Source: Thermodesulfobacteriota bacterium
GTDB taxonomy: Bacteria; Desulfobacterota; Desulfobulbia; Desulfobulbales; SURF-16
Direction: 5' to 3'
Length of the DNA: 64,000 nucleotides
Assembly (NCBI GenBank): GCA_049323935.1
Contig: JBMONN010000037.1
Location: forward strand, 63,476-127,475
Below, in pieces: positions 1-10,989 of this stretch. A program made the position numbers and the translations under genes. The notes below the pieces were generated by a model. It saw only the letters and a list, made by a program, of their open reading frames with translations. It made no database searches and was not told the origin of the DNA. The first letter of the stretch is position 1. Each line of letters opens with the position of its first letter.

Positions 1-246
1 CAAGCCTTTTTTCAGCTGATTTGCGCGCTGCTGCAATCGCGCCACCTTTTTCTTCAAAACCGGAAGAGAAGAAACGGTTTCCTGATACTGGTCGAGGAGG
101 CCGCGCTGGGCCTGTAATTCCTCAAGCTGCCCCTCGTAGGTACCCCATGCCAGCCGCCCGAGGTTGAAGAGCAGCAGCAGGGCGCCGATGGCGAGCAAGA
201 GCGCCTTGCGATCAAGCCCCTGGATAAAGAGAATGAGCCGGTTCAT
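1..246 (-). CDS. GspM/PilO-like T2SS/T4P inner-membrane assembly protein (N-terminal part only; 3' end runs off the window)
   Basis: Open-ended, so absent from the ORF track. My translation from ATG 246..244 is MNRLILFIQGLDRKALLLAIGALLLLFNLGRLAWGTYEGQLEELQAQRGLLDQYQ..., i.e. a short N-terminus, one TM helix and a coiled coil. It has an ATGA start/stop overlap with the GspL-like gene and follows GspL in the operon. Confidence 0.5.
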   Translation of the reverse strand, partial: MNRLILFIQGLDRKALLLAIGALLLLFNLGRLAWGTYEGQLEELQAQRGLLDQYQETVSSLPVLKKKVARLQQRANQLKKGL

Positions 247-1391
247 TTGCCGCCGACCTCCACATGAAAATACGTCTGGTTCTTGCGGCGGCTGGTCGAT
301 TTTAACTTGGCCTGATTGAGGGCATCGAGCTGGCTGGTCAGTTCGGCGATATCATCGGTGTAGCCCTGTAACTGGATGGCCCCCGTTTTTTCATCCATGC
401 GGACCTGATCGAGATAGCTGTTTTTCGGCAGGGTCTGGGTGACCTTATCAAAAAAACCGATCATATCGAAATTCTGCCCGATCCCCTCAATGCGTTGAAT
501 TGCTTGGCTCAGGCTGTTTTCCTGAAGACGAAGCTTCTCCACCTCCTCGATCTGGGGCTCCAGGGCGGCGATCTCTTCCTCCACCATCCGCAGTTGCGAA
601 AGCAGGGCATGCTCCTTGATCACGCCTACCATCACCAGGGCAATGACATTGAGCAGACAGAGGGTTACAAGCGCATAGCGGAGATAATCCGGCCGGCGGA
701 AGGAAGCGGGCAGCAGATTGAATTCCTTGTGAAGCGGCGCCTCGGCCAGCAACGGAGCGCTGTCCTGAAAGGTGCTTTCGGGTGGAGGCGCAGGAGAGTA
801 AATTACCTCACCTGGTTCGAGTTTGCTGAGCTGATCGGCGCTCGGCAGGTCATGACAAAGAATCCGGTCACGGATGGCAGCGTCGGAAAAGAGGAAGAGC
901 CTGGGAAAACGACCGGGCAGCAGCAGGCTCCAGTTTCTTTTTCTGCCGTGCCGGGTCACATAGCGCTGGCTCTCCGGGAAGAGCCCGTCCAGGTGAAAAC
1001 CCTGCGCCGCCGCCTCTTCCAACCAGGGAAGCGCCTTCTCCTCGGGCAGGACATACAGGCAGACGGTATACTCCTGCTTGCCCCGACTGGCGGCATACCC
1101 ATGCAGCACTCTGCCCTCAAAAGGGGCGAGCATAGTCAGTTGATAGCCCACCGCTTCCCGGATATCGCTGGTTTTCAGAGGCAGGCCGAATTTCTTAAAA
1201 AACAGGAGATCCTCGGACAGGTAAAAAGTGGCGCGCAGTCCGGCAGGATTTCTCGGGGCACAGAAACGGGTGAGCAGGGCACCGAAGTCGCTGACCGGCA
1301 AGGCAACAATCTCCGTCTCCTTTTTGAAGGACGCCCGCATTTCAAGGTCATGGGGGCGAATGAAGATCTCGACGCCCTCCTTCATGACCAT
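243..1391 (-). CDS. GspL-like assembly protein built as a PilM-like cytoplasmic domain fused to a PilN-like TM/periplasmic domain
   Basis: 382 aa. PilN-type signature EFNLLPASFRRPD is followed by a TM helix (YALVTLCLLNVIALVMVGVI) and a coiled-coil region. It sits between GspK and the GspM-like gene. An alternative ATGA-coupled start lies at 1385. Confidence 0.6.
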   Translation of the reverse strand: MVMKEGVEIFIRPHDLEMRASFKKETEIVALPVSDFGALLTRFCAPRNPAGLRATFYLSEDLLFFKKFGLPLKTSDIREAVGYQLTMLAPFEGRVLHGYAASRGKQEYTVCLYVLPEEKALPWLEEAAAQGFHLDGLFPESQRYVTRHGRKRNWSLLLPGRFPRLFLFSDAAIRDRILCHDLPSADQLSKLEPGEVIYSPAPPPESTFQDSAPLLAEAPLHKEFNLLPASFRRPDYLRYALVTLCLLNVIALVMVGVIKEHALLSQLRMVEEEIAALEPQIEEVEKLRLQENSLSQAIQRIEGIGQNFDMIGFFDKVTQTLPKNSYLDQVRMDEKTGAIQLQGYTDDIAELTSQLDALNQAKLKSTSRRKNQTYFHVEVGGK

Positions 1392-2380
1392 CCTTCCTGC
1401 CAGCCATAATAGGTTATCCTGCTGCCGCGCAGTTCGAAAAGAGCGCGCACCTCATGCCCCACCGGCGGAGCAATCCCCTCTTCCTCCCGATCGATCAGGG
1501 TCTGCTCATCGACACCTGGTTCACCGCGGACCACAACCGTGTAAAATTTATTGTTGCCGGCGCTGTATACGAGGGCATCACCGACCTGACTGAACCGTGT
1601 CTCGCCGAGGATCTGCCTGGCCTGGACCTCAGTCAGGTTACCGTAAAGCTCCTGGGCTTCTCGGTAGGCCATTTTCTTCTCCTCGTCGTTTTCGGTCAAA
1701 AAATCCAGCATAAGAGGGGTGAGGCTGTTGAAATTCACCTTATCCGTGCGGTTGCGGGTGGTAAAGACGTCGCCCGCCACAAATCTGCCGGCCAGCGGAG
1801 CGGTGCCATGCACCAAAAAGAATTCCGACGGCTCGACCATCTTGCCGTTGCGGGGGATATAGGGGTCGTCCAACTCCTGATAGGTTTCGAGTTCTGCGCC
1901 CTGAAGGCGATGGAGATTATCGCTGTCCTGCCAGTCATAAAGTGAATCGATGATGATTTCCCTTTCCGGGGCGTCGATCTGCATATATTCGAGAAAATAT
2001 TCCAGCAGGGTTGGGTTGAAGGCATTCAAGTCGATTTTACCAGATTCGTTCACGACATAATAGCGGAAATGGCCGGTTGGAAGAAAGCCGTCATATGCAT
2101 AGCCTTCGACGAAAATTTCATCTTCGTCCTCAAGAATTTCAACCGGCTTGTCGAGGATTCTGAACAGGGCCAGATTGACCCCAGCATGGGCCAGCGCCAG
2201 GCCGGCGGCCCGATCCCTGCTATTAGCCGCCACACGTAACTCGGCCCGGACGTTCATGATGAGTTGACCTGCAAGAAACGAGATCAGCAGCATGATGACA
2301 ATGACCACCACCAGGGCAAAGCCATGCTGGGCCGAGAATGATCGGGCTTCCTGGCTGTCGGGTGATCGCATGTCTCGCAT
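1382..2380 (-). CDS. gspK: Type II secretion minor pseudopilin GspK-like
   Basis: 332 aa. It has a prepilin-like hydrophobic N-terminus (HGFALVVVIVIMLLISFLAGQL) without Glu at +5, as is typical of GspK. Its large size and position after the I/J-like genes also fit. Confidence 0.7.
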   Translation of the reverse strand: MRDMRSPDSQEARSFSAQHGFALVVVIVIMLLISFLAGQLIMNVRAELRVAANSRDRAAGLALAHAGVNLALFRILDKPVEILEDEDEIFVEGYAYDGFLPTGHFRYYVVNESGKIDLNAFNPTLLEYFLEYMQIDAPEREIIIDSLYDWQDSDNLHRLQGAELETYQELDDPYIPRNGKMVEPSEFFLVHGTAPLAGRFVAGDVFTTRNRTDKVNFNSLTPLMLDFLTENDEEKKMAYREAQELYGNLTEVQARQILGETRFSQVGDALVYSAGNNKFYTVVVRGEPGVDEQTLIDREEEGIAPPVGHEVRALFELRGSRITYYGWQEGWS

Positions 2381-2386
2381 CCGCCT

Positions 2387-2737
2387 TTACAGTACCGGCC
2401 CAAGCCGCAGCGACATCAGTTCCCCGCTTTCGCTGCGCACAACCAGCAGTCGCAGTTTGCGGCCTTCCAGGTAGAGAACACCATCCTCTTCCTCCTCCGC
2501 CGGGAAAACCTCTGTCCCGGCAAACCGCACTTCCTGGCAAAAAGCGACCATCTCCGCCAGTAACAGGGAACGCTTTGTTTCCGCCTTGCCGATATTGCGC
2601 ATGGCAACGGAAAAGCTCTCCAGGGTGGCAACATAGGCCAATCCCAAAATGAGGACTGCGGCCAGCACCTCAAGCAGGGTAAACCCCTGCTCCGTCGGCC
2701 CGGCATCCCCCCGGGCATGCCGCTCACATCTCGTCAT
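2387..2737 (-). CDS. Minor pseudopilin, GspI-like
   Basis: Prepilin N-methylation motif QG|FTLLEVLAAVLILGLAYV; about 116 aa. Start set at M23 of the track ORF (ATG 2737), just overlapping the upstream gene's stop. Confidence 0.65.
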   Translation of the reverse strand: MTRCERHARGDAGPTEQGFTLLEVLAAVLILGLAYVATLESFSVAMRNIGKAETKRSLLLAEMVAFCQEVRFAGTEVFPAEEEEDGVLYLEGRKLRLLVVRSESGELMSLRLGPVL

Positions 2738-3326
2738 CGCGAACAGACTCTCTTGTTTCGATCTGACACCACGGGGTAAAGACATGTTCCTCACCATCAA
2801 CAAGAATCAGAACAGCACTCTCCCCTTCCTCGTAAGAAAAGGAAAGGGGCGGGCTGTCCGGAATCAGCACCGTCATCTCCTCGAAATCCGGAATGTAATC
2901 CTCTTCATATTCGGCGTTGTAAAAATCGCGTTTTTCCAGATAATAAAGGATGTTTCTGTTCGGATCATAGCGGTAGACGGCCAGCACCGTCTCTGCTCGG
3001 GCATAGAGGAGCGGCGCCCTGGTTGTCAGACGGAAAAGGGTGTCATCCGCCGACATGGCGACCTCTTTGCTCCTGTCATCATACACCGCGCATTTGATCT
3101 GCCGCTCGAGCAGCCCCAGCAGTCCCAGCTTACGCTCAAGGGCGAGAATCCTTTTTTCCCCCTTTTCCGAAAAGGTAATACTGACATTAAGGATGGAGTA
3201 GATCATGGTAGAGACCATGGCGAGCAGCAGCACCGCCACCATCACCTCGAAAAGAGTGAATCCTCCTTGCCGCCCCGAACAGCTTTTTTCCCCCTGCCTC
3301 TCCGTCATGACGAAAACCGGCATCAC
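2724..3326 (-). CDS. Minor pseudopilin, GspJ-like
   Basis: 200 aa with prepilin motif GG|FTLFEVMVAVLLLAMVSTMIYS. ATGA overlap with the GspH-like gene. Confidence 0.6.
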   Translation of the reverse strand: MMPVFVMTERQGEKSCSGRQGGFTLFEVMVAVLLLAMVSTMIYSILNVSITFSEKGEKRILALERKLGLLGLLERQIKCAVYDDRSKEVAMSADDTLFRLTTRAPLLYARAETVLAVYRYDPNRNILYYLEKRDFYNAEYEEDYIPDFEEMTVLIPDSPPLSFSYEEGESAVLILVDGEEHVFTPWCQIETRESVRDDEM

Positions 3327-3769
3327 TCCATGATCGGCAGACCAGTCAGGGCATCAAGCACAATGATGCGCCGCCGGCCACCGCTGGCAAACGTCAGCGT
3401 CGCCGGCGTTGCCGTTGCCTGGGGGGAAAAAAAAACGGTAGCCGGCGTCATCGTCAGCTCATCCTCCGGACCAAGACCGAGAGAACGCTCCTCCTCCTCT
3501 CCCTGCCCGGTCCACAGCAGCAAGCGGTTTTCCTCGATCCGGACCGCGATCTCCCGGCCGGAGGCTATGGCGTTCAGACGAATGCCCCGGAGCGTGGCGG
3601 TGATCGCTGCCGTCTGTTTCCGAAAATCAAGCCCGCTCAGCAACCGTCCCAGCTGAGGAGCGGTGATGCCGGCCACCACCGCCAGCAGCACCAGCACGGT
3701 GAGCAGTTCGAGCAGGGAAAAACCGCCCTGCCGGTGCCCCCTTTCCCTGTCTGCGCCTCTCGTTGCCAT
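3323..3769 (-). CDS. Minor pseudopilin, GspH/FimT-like
   Basis: Prepilin motif GG|FSLLELLTVLVLLAVVAGITAP. Start placed at M56 of the track ORF, where ATG overlaps the gspF stop (ATGA at 3769). Upstream of that point the long ORF overlaps gspF out of frame. Confidence 0.6.
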   Translation of the reverse strand: MATRGADRERGHRQGGFSLLELLTVLVLLAVVAGITAPQLGRLLSGLDFRKQTAAITATLRGIRLNAIASGREIAVRIEENRLLLWTGQGEEEERSLGLGPEDELTMTPATVFFSPQATATPATLTFASGGRRRIIVLDALTGLPIME

Positions 3770-4998
3770 CAGCCCGCGATATCGTTGATGCCGAGGATGA
3801 CCGACAGCATGGAGACGACAATGTAGCCGGCGATCAGGGCGATGGCGAGAATAAAGGCCGGTTCGACCAGGGCAATGATCCTTTTGATCCTGGCGCGCAG
3901 CTCCTGATCGAAATGATCGGCAATCTGGCCGCACACCTCGCCAACCCGCCCCGACTCCTCGCCGATGGCGAGCAGATCCACCGCCAGGCTTGGCAGCAAC
4001 GGTTCGCCCTTCAGTTTGGAGCTGACCCGCTGTCCTTCCTTCAGGGCCTCAGTGGCCCGGTGCAGCAACTGCTGAAACTGCTCGTTGACCGCGATGCCGG
4101 TGCAGATCTTCAAGGCCGTGGCCAGGTGGACGCCGTTGTTAACCAGCACCTCAAGGGTCCGGAAGATGCGGGTTGTCTCCAGTTCCCGGATGAACAGGGA
4201 AAGGACCGGAACTTTCAGGGATTGCCGATGGTAAAAGCGCCTGCCTTCCGGGCTGCGCAGATACCAGACCGCCAAGGCGATCGGACCGAAGATGAGGAGC
4301 AGGGTAAGCAGCAGATTGTTTGAGACAAACCCTGCCACCGCCATCAGCAATGCCACATGGCCGGGCAACTGCTGGCCGATTCCCTGGAAAAGCACCTCAA
4401 AACGGGGCAAAATGGTTGTCACGAGAATGATGACCGCAATGACGCCGACAATCAACAGAATAAGCGGATAGACCGAGGCCGAGATGATGTACTGGCGCAG
4501 CTCCTGAAAGGTTGACTGGTATTCGGATATCCTGTTCAGCATGGCAGGAAGGATGCCGCCCTCTTCTCCTGCTCTGACGATATTGACATACATCGGCGAA
4601 AAATAAGGATAGTCTGACAGTGCCTGCGAAAAGGATTTTCCCTCCTTGAGCTTGCGTTCCAGCGAGCCGCAGAACTCCTTGAATGCCTCTTTCTGACTAT
4701 GATTTTTCATCACTCGCAGGGCAGCGTCAAGGGAGAGGCCGGCACTGAGCAGCATGGCGATCTGTTTGGTAAAAAACTCGATCTCCATTGTGCTGATCTT
4801 GCCGCCCTGCCGGTCAAAAAGAGCGGGCAGACGGATCTTTTTCCCACCCTTCCCACTGTATGGAGCGATCTCCAGAGGCCGCAGTCCCTGCAACATCAGT
4901 TTACGGGCAGCCGCCTCCCGGTCCGCCTCTTCCACCACCCCCTCACGGATCGATCGGTCTCCTTCCGCCACCTTGTACTTAAAGAGCGGCATCGGCAA
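3769..4998 (-). CDS. gspF: Type II secretion / type IV pilus platform protein GspF/PilC family
   Basis: 409 aa polytopic membrane protein with duplicated GspF-type repeats (e.g. FTKQIAMLLSAGLSLDAAL, FRTLEVLVNNGVHLATAL). Located immediately after gspE. Confidence 0.9.
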   Translation of the reverse strand: MPMPLFKYKVAEGDRSIREGVVEEADREAAARKLMLQGLRPLEIAPYSGKGGKKIRLPALFDRQGGKISTMEIEFFTKQIAMLLSAGLSLDAALRVMKNHSQKEAFKEFCGSLERKLKEGKSFSQALSDYPYFSPMYVNIVRAGEEGGILPAMLNRISEYQSTFQELRQYIISASVYPLILLIVGVIAVIILVTTILPRFEVLFQGIGQQLPGHVALLMAVAGFVSNNLLLTLLLIFGPIALAVWYLRSPEGRRFYHRQSLKVPVLSLFIRELETTRIFRTLEVLVNNGVHLATALKICTGIAVNEQFQQLLHRATEALKEGQRVSSKLKGEPLLPSLAVDLLAIGEESGRVGEVCGQIADHFDQELRARIKRIIALVEPAFILAIALIAGYIVVSMLSVILGINDIAG

Positions 4999-6652
4999 CT
5001 CCCCGACTCACCCTGATGACCTCGGCCAGCGTGGTCTGTCCCTCGCGGATCTTGCGCAGCCCGTCGTGATACATATCCTGGAAGTCTTCGGCCAAGGCGA
5101 TCGTTTTCAATTCACCCAGATCCTTGCGTTTGGCCACCGCCCGGCTCAGGGCATCGGACATGATAAGCAGCTCATAGATGCCGATACGGCCGCTGTAGCC
5201 ACTGCCTGAACATCGACCGCAGCCGGCGCCGGTAAACATCTCAAAATCCCCGCCGCGGGGCACATGGCCGAGATGTTCGGATATATTGCCCAGACTGGTG
5301 CGGCAGTGAGTGCAGATTCGGCGAACAAGCCGCTGGGCCAGCACCCCGCGCAGGGCTGCGGAAATGAGAAAATGCTCCACCCCGATGTCGATCATCCGAG
5401 TGACGGCGGACAGGGCGTCGTTGGTGTGCAGGGTGGAAAAGACAAGGTGCCCGGTAAGAGAGGACTGTACCGCGATTTCTGCGGTATCGAGATCCCTGAT
5501 CTCGCCCACCATGATGATGTCCGGATCCTGGCGGACGATGGAACGCAACCCCTTGGCAAAGGTGAGACCGATCTCCGGGCGCACCTGGGTTTGGTTGATG
5601 CCCTTGAGCTGGTATTCAACCGGATCCTCCAGGGTAATAATCTTGTTGCTGCCGGTGTTGATCTGATTCAGAGCACAGTAGAGGGTTGTGGTCTTACCGC
5701 TGCCGGTGGGGCCGGTTACGAGGATGATGCCGTTGGGATAGGTAATCAGCTCCTTGAACTTCCGCTCAATGTCATCACCCATGCCGAGGTGCCCCATGTC
5801 AAGGATGATCGACCCCTTCTCCAGAATGCGGATAACCACGCCTTCACCATAAATCGACGGCATGGTGGAGACACGCAGATCGATTTCCTTGCCGCCGATA
5901 CGCATGGAGATCTTGCCGTCCTGGGGAATGCGCCGCTCGGCGATGTCCAGCGAGGCGAGGAGCTTGGTACGGGAGATGATGGCCGCCTGCATGGAGAGCG
6001 GGGGAATTTCGTAATCCTGGAGGATGCCGTCGATCCGGAAACGGATAAGTTGCCCCCCTTCGTACGATTCGATATGGATATCGCTGGCCCGCCGATTGAC
6101 CGCCGTGTCGATCAGATTGTTGACATACTTGATGACAGGCGCCTCGGAGGCCATGTCTTTTAGTTTGTCGATGTCGGCCTCGTCAACCAGATAAGGATTC
6201 TGCTCGATTTCCTCCAGGCCGAGATCGTAATGTTCATCAACGATTTTTTTGACATCCTTTTCCAGACCGATCTGTACCTCAAATGGGTCAGTGGTTTCAG
6301 CCGCCGCGGCGGAAAGAATATCGCCGTCCATGGGATCGTAGCAGAGGAGGACGATGCGCTCCTGCCGGCTGATCAGGGCAAAGGGATGCTCACGGTGGAA
6401 AATTTTGGTGATGGCCAGGGGCAGAAAGATGTCATCTTCCTGCGGGGTATAGATTGACAGGGAGAGCTGCTCGGCCAGAGCGGCCAGCAGGTCCTCTTCG
6501 CTGATGAACCCCAGGGACACGAGAATATCTCCCAGCCCCTGGGGAACCGACTGCAGATGGGTGAGGGCCCGTTCCAGCTGGTTGGGCTGGAGTTTTCCCT
6601 TATTGACCAGCAGATCCCCCAGCTTTTCCTTTTTGGCGAAAAATACGGTCAT
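4979..6652 (-). CDS. gspE: Type II secretion ATPase GspE
   Basis: 557 aa. N-terminal GspE_N-type domain (LGDLLVNKGKLQPNQLERAL...), Walker A GPTGSGKTTT, Asp and His boxes, and a tetracysteine CTHC...CGRC. Confidence 0.93.
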   Translation of the reverse strand: MTVFFAKKEKLGDLLVNKGKLQPNQLERALTHLQSVPQGLGDILVSLGFISEEDLLAALAEQLSLSIYTPQEDDIFLPLAITKIFHREHPFALISRQERIVLLCYDPMDGDILSAAAAETTDPFEVQIGLEKDVKKIVDEHYDLGLEEIEQNPYLVDEADIDKLKDMASEAPVIKYVNNLIDTAVNRRASDIHIESYEGGQLIRFRIDGILQDYEIPPLSMQAAIISRTKLLASLDIAERRIPQDGKISMRIGGKEIDLRVSTMPSIYGEGVVIRILEKGSIILDMGHLGMGDDIERKFKELITYPNGIILVTGPTGSGKTTTLYCALNQINTGSNKIITLEDPVEYQLKGINQTQVRPEIGLTFAKGLRSIVRQDPDIIMVGEIRDLDTAEIAVQSSLTGHLVFSTLHTNDALSAVTRMIDIGVEHFLISAALRGVLAQRLVRRICTHCRTSLGNISEHLGHVPRGGDFEMFTGAGCGRCSGSGYSGRIGIYELLIMSDALSRAVAKRKDLGELKTIALAEDFQDMYHDGLRKIREGQTTLAEVIRVSRGVADAAL

Positions 6653-6679
6653 GAGCCCTCGCGTTGTCCTTTTATTCTG

Positions 6680-8116
6680 CTATGATAGGTCGCGTACTTC
6701 CCGGTTCGCTTTCAGGTCACTCCCTTCTAAATACCGTTTAATTGATTCCGCCGCAACCTTTCCCTGATACACTGCCTTGGCTGCTGTCTGCGGCCCGAGA
6801 ACCGCATCCCCGCCGGAAAAGATCCAGGGGACCGAAGTCTGCAGGGTTATCGGGTCAACAATGTAGGTTCGCCAGCGGGTCAGATCGAAGTCGGTGCCGC
6901 TGTCGGCGGTATGATCGACATCCTGGCTGATGGCAGCTATAATTGCGTCGGCCTCAATAAAAAATTCCGAACCTTCGACAACAACCGGACGGCAGCGGCC
7001 TGAGGCATCGCACTCGCCGAGCTGCATGCGCTGACACTCCACCCGGCGCAACCGACCATTCTCCCCGTGCAGCCTGAGCGGTGCAGCAAGATATTCGACG
7101 TGAACCCCCTCCTCCTCCAGATGGTGAATTTCCGCCATGGAGGCCGGCATTTCCTTTTTGGTCCGCCGATAAAGGATAAAGACGTCATCAGACCCGGTGC
7201 GCAAAGCGGTGCGGGCCACATCGATGGCCACGTTGCCGCCGCCCACCACCACCACCTTTTTGCCAATGTTTACCTTTTCACCAAGGCAGACCCGGCGCAA
7301 GTAATCCACCCCATGATAGACACCATCCATCTCTTCGCCTTCGATGCCAAGCTTACGGCTGATATGGGCGCCGACCCCGATAAAGATCGCGTCAAATCCC
7401 TCTTTTTCCTTCAGCTGGGTCAAGGTGATGTCCCTGCCGATGACCACGTTGTTGCGGACCGTCACTCCGCAGTTTTTCAGGGCATCAAACTCGGCGTTAA
7501 TGATATCCCGCGGCAGGCGGTAGGGCGGAATACCTACAGCAAGCATGCCGCCGAACACGGACAAACTCTCAAAAATAGTGCAGTGATAGCCCTCGTGCGC
7601 AAGATGATACGCAGCTGTCATGCCAGCCGGGCCGGATCCAACGACAGCCACTTTTTTATTCTTCGGCAGCGCGCAAGGAGATGCTATATTTTTGTTGTTT
7701 TTTACCATCCAGTCGACAAGAAAACGCTCCAGCATGCCGATGGCTACGGGTTCGCCCTTTTTTCCACGAATGCATGAACCCTCGCACTGAAACTCATGGG
7801 GACACACTCGGGAACAGACTGCGGGCAGCGAACTCGTCTGCCGGATCGTCCAGTACCCCTCTTCAAACTGTCGATTGCGCAATTGTTCGATGAACTGTGG
7901 TATGTTGTTGCCTACCGGGCAGCCCTCCCGGCAGGTTGGTTTTTTGCATTGCAGGCAGCGATTGGCCTCGCGAATGGCGGTTTCATCATCATAGCCAAAG
8001 ACGACCTCGTCAAAATTTTTGATGCGAACAGCAACATCAAGTTCACGGGGTTTCTGGCGGTCGATGGCAAGTCTTTCCTTCGGTTTCACGCAAACGTCCT
8101 CCTTCATTCTGAGCAT
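6680..8116 (-). CDS. Glutamate synthase small-subunit-like (GltD/NfnB/SudA family) NAD(P)H:Fe-S flavoprotein oxidoreductase
   Basis: 478 aa. N-terminal Fe-S motif CLQCKKPTCREGCPVGNNIPQF, plus two Rossmann motifs (VAVVGSGPAGMTAA, VVVVGGGNVAIDVA). Confidence 0.85.
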   Translation of the reverse strand: MLRMKEDVCVKPKERLAIDRQKPRELDVAVRIKNFDEVVFGYDDETAIREANRCLQCKKPTCREGCPVGNNIPQFIEQLRNRQFEEGYWTIRQTSSLPAVCSRVCPHEFQCEGSCIRGKKGEPVAIGMLERFLVDWMVKNNKNIASPCALPKNKKVAVVGSGPAGMTAAYHLAHEGYHCTIFESLSVFGGMLAVGIPPYRLPRDIINAEFDALKNCGVTVRNNVVIGRDITLTQLKEKEGFDAIFIGVGAHISRKLGIEGEEMDGVYHGVDYLRRVCLGEKVNIGKKVVVVGGGNVAIDVARTALRTGSDDVFILYRRTKKEMPASMAEIHHLEEEGVHVEYLAAPLRLHGENGRLRRVECQRMQLGECDASGRCRPVVVEGSEFFIEADAIIAAISQDVDHTADSGTDFDLTRWRTYIVDPITLQTSVPWIFSGGDAVLGPQTAAKAVYQGKVAAESIKRYLEGSDLKANREVRDLS

Positions 8117-8247
8117 GTTGCCGTCACTGTGTACAGTGTCCAGTTCTTATTGCAGTTTTGTCTTTTAATATTTTTGTTCAATATTTTCACCCCAAAACAA
8201 AACCCACCTCCTGTTTTTCCGTATCGGCGGAGTTTTGAAATCCCATG

Positions 8248-8275
8248 TTGCTTCTCCATCGGCGTGTGCTATAAT
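8248..8275 (+). promoter_or_regulatory. Candidate sigma70 promoter for cheX (TTGCTT-16nt-TATAAT)
   Basis: TTGCTT at 8248-8253 and a perfect TATAAT at 8270-8275, about 57 nt upstream of the cheX ATG. Confidence 0.35.
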
Positions 8276-8332
8276 TTGACGAACGGTAACCATCCTATTT
8301 TTAGATCTTCCCCGCTGAAATGAAGGACTTTT

Positions 8333-8809
8333 ATGAAAGCCGAATTCATCAATCCCTTTTTGAACGCCACCAAGAACGTCCTGGAAACCATGTGCCAGAC
8401 CCAGGTCAAGGCCAAAAAACCGAGTCTCAAGGACAATGCTCTCACGTATGGAGAGGTGACCGGTATCATCGGCATGGTCTCCGACGATATAGCAGGGTGC
8501 ATGATTCTCAGTTTTTCGGAAAAATGCATCCTCCATGTCGTGGCCAACATGCTGATGGAAGCACCCAAGGAAAAAGTCGATGATGAAATTGTCGATGCCG
8601 TGGGAGAACTCACCAATATGATTTGTGGCGGCGCCAAGGCCCAGCTTGCCAAACTTGATTACAAGTTCGACCTGGCGACCCCCACCATGGTGGTCGGCAA
8701 AAACGTGGAAATTTCTTATTACTCTGATGTGCCGACCATTGTCATCCCCTTCAGCACCGAACATGGGGATTTCGTCATCGAAGCCAATCTCGGCTCAAAA
8801 AAGGGGTAG
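8333..8809 (+). CDS. cheX: CheX-like chemotaxis phosphatase (CheC/CheX family)
   Basis: 158 aa. Family-typical segments VTGIIGMVSDDIAGCMILSF and AVGELTNMICGGAKAQL. Confidence 0.75.
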   Translation: MKAEFINPFLNATKNVLETMCQTQVKAKKPSLKDNALTYGEVTGIIGMVSDDIAGCMILSFSEKCILHVVANMLMEAPKEKVDDEIVDAVGELTNMICGGAKAQLAKLDYKFDLATPTMVVGKNVEISYYSDVPTIVIPFSTEHGDFVIEANLGSKKG

Positions 8810-8850
8810 ACAGAGAATGGCCAGCCGTGCGACGCGCAGCGGTGGTGAAT

Positions 8851-8886
8851 AAAAAAGGCCGGAACATTGTGTTCCGGCCTTTTTTA
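8851..8886. terminator. Bidirectional rho-independent terminator
   Basis: AAAAAA-GGCCGGAAC-attgt-GTTCCGGCC-TTTTTT: a perfect 9-bp GC-rich stem flanked by an A-run and a T-run, between convergent cheX and atpC. Confidence 0.8.
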
Positions 8887-9055
8887 TGGATGTGATGGCA
8901 TGAAAAGAAAACGGCGTGTCCTCTGTGCAAAACTCAGCTTCGCTCTGCACCATTCAGGCAATCGCTCCGAGGTCTGCACCACTGATCAACAAATAATCAA
9001 TTTATCTTCAGGACACACTGCGGTGCTGAGTGTCCCGGTACCGACTGACTGGGCT

Positions 9056-9475
9056 TTATTTCGGCGCCTTTTCAGCAATTTTCAACCGCGCCAAGGCCCG
9101 CTGCAGGGCAGCCTGAGCGCGAGCCATATTGATTTTTTCCTGCTGTGTCTTGGCGTCGGCGATTCTCTTTTCCGCCCTTTCCTTGGCCCTCATGGCGCGG
9201 TCGACATCAATGAGATGACCGGGCTCGGCTGACTCAACCAGAAAGGTAATCTTGTTATTTGACACCTCGCAGAAGCCGCCACTGACCATCAAATAATTTT
9301 CCTTACCATCTTTCTTGTAGATCAGTCCGCCGATCTTAATGGTGCTGAGAAAAGGAGCGTGGTTCGCCAGGACACCGAAATCACCCCCATAGCCAGGAGC
9401 GCTTACGATATCAACATCTTCGCTGACCACCGGCCCGGAAGGGGTGACAACTTCTAAATGTATGGTTTCAGCCAT
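9056..9475 (-). CDS. atpC: F0F1 ATP synthase subunit epsilon
   Basis: 139 aa, [28 protein letters not shown]...; last gene of the atp cluster. Confidence 0.93.
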   Translation of the reverse strand: MAETIHLEVVTPSGPVVSEDVDIVSAPGYGGDFGVLANHAPFLSTIKIGGLIYKKDGKENYLMVSGGFCEVSNNKITFLVESAEPGHLIDVDRAMRAKERAEKRIADAKTQQEKINMARAQAALQRALARLKIAEKAPK

Positions 9476-9495
9476 TGGTCAATAACCTCACAGAA

Positions 9496-10968
<1,473 letters not shown>

Positions 10969-10989
10969 TCAAACGCGAAACGTAATCAA

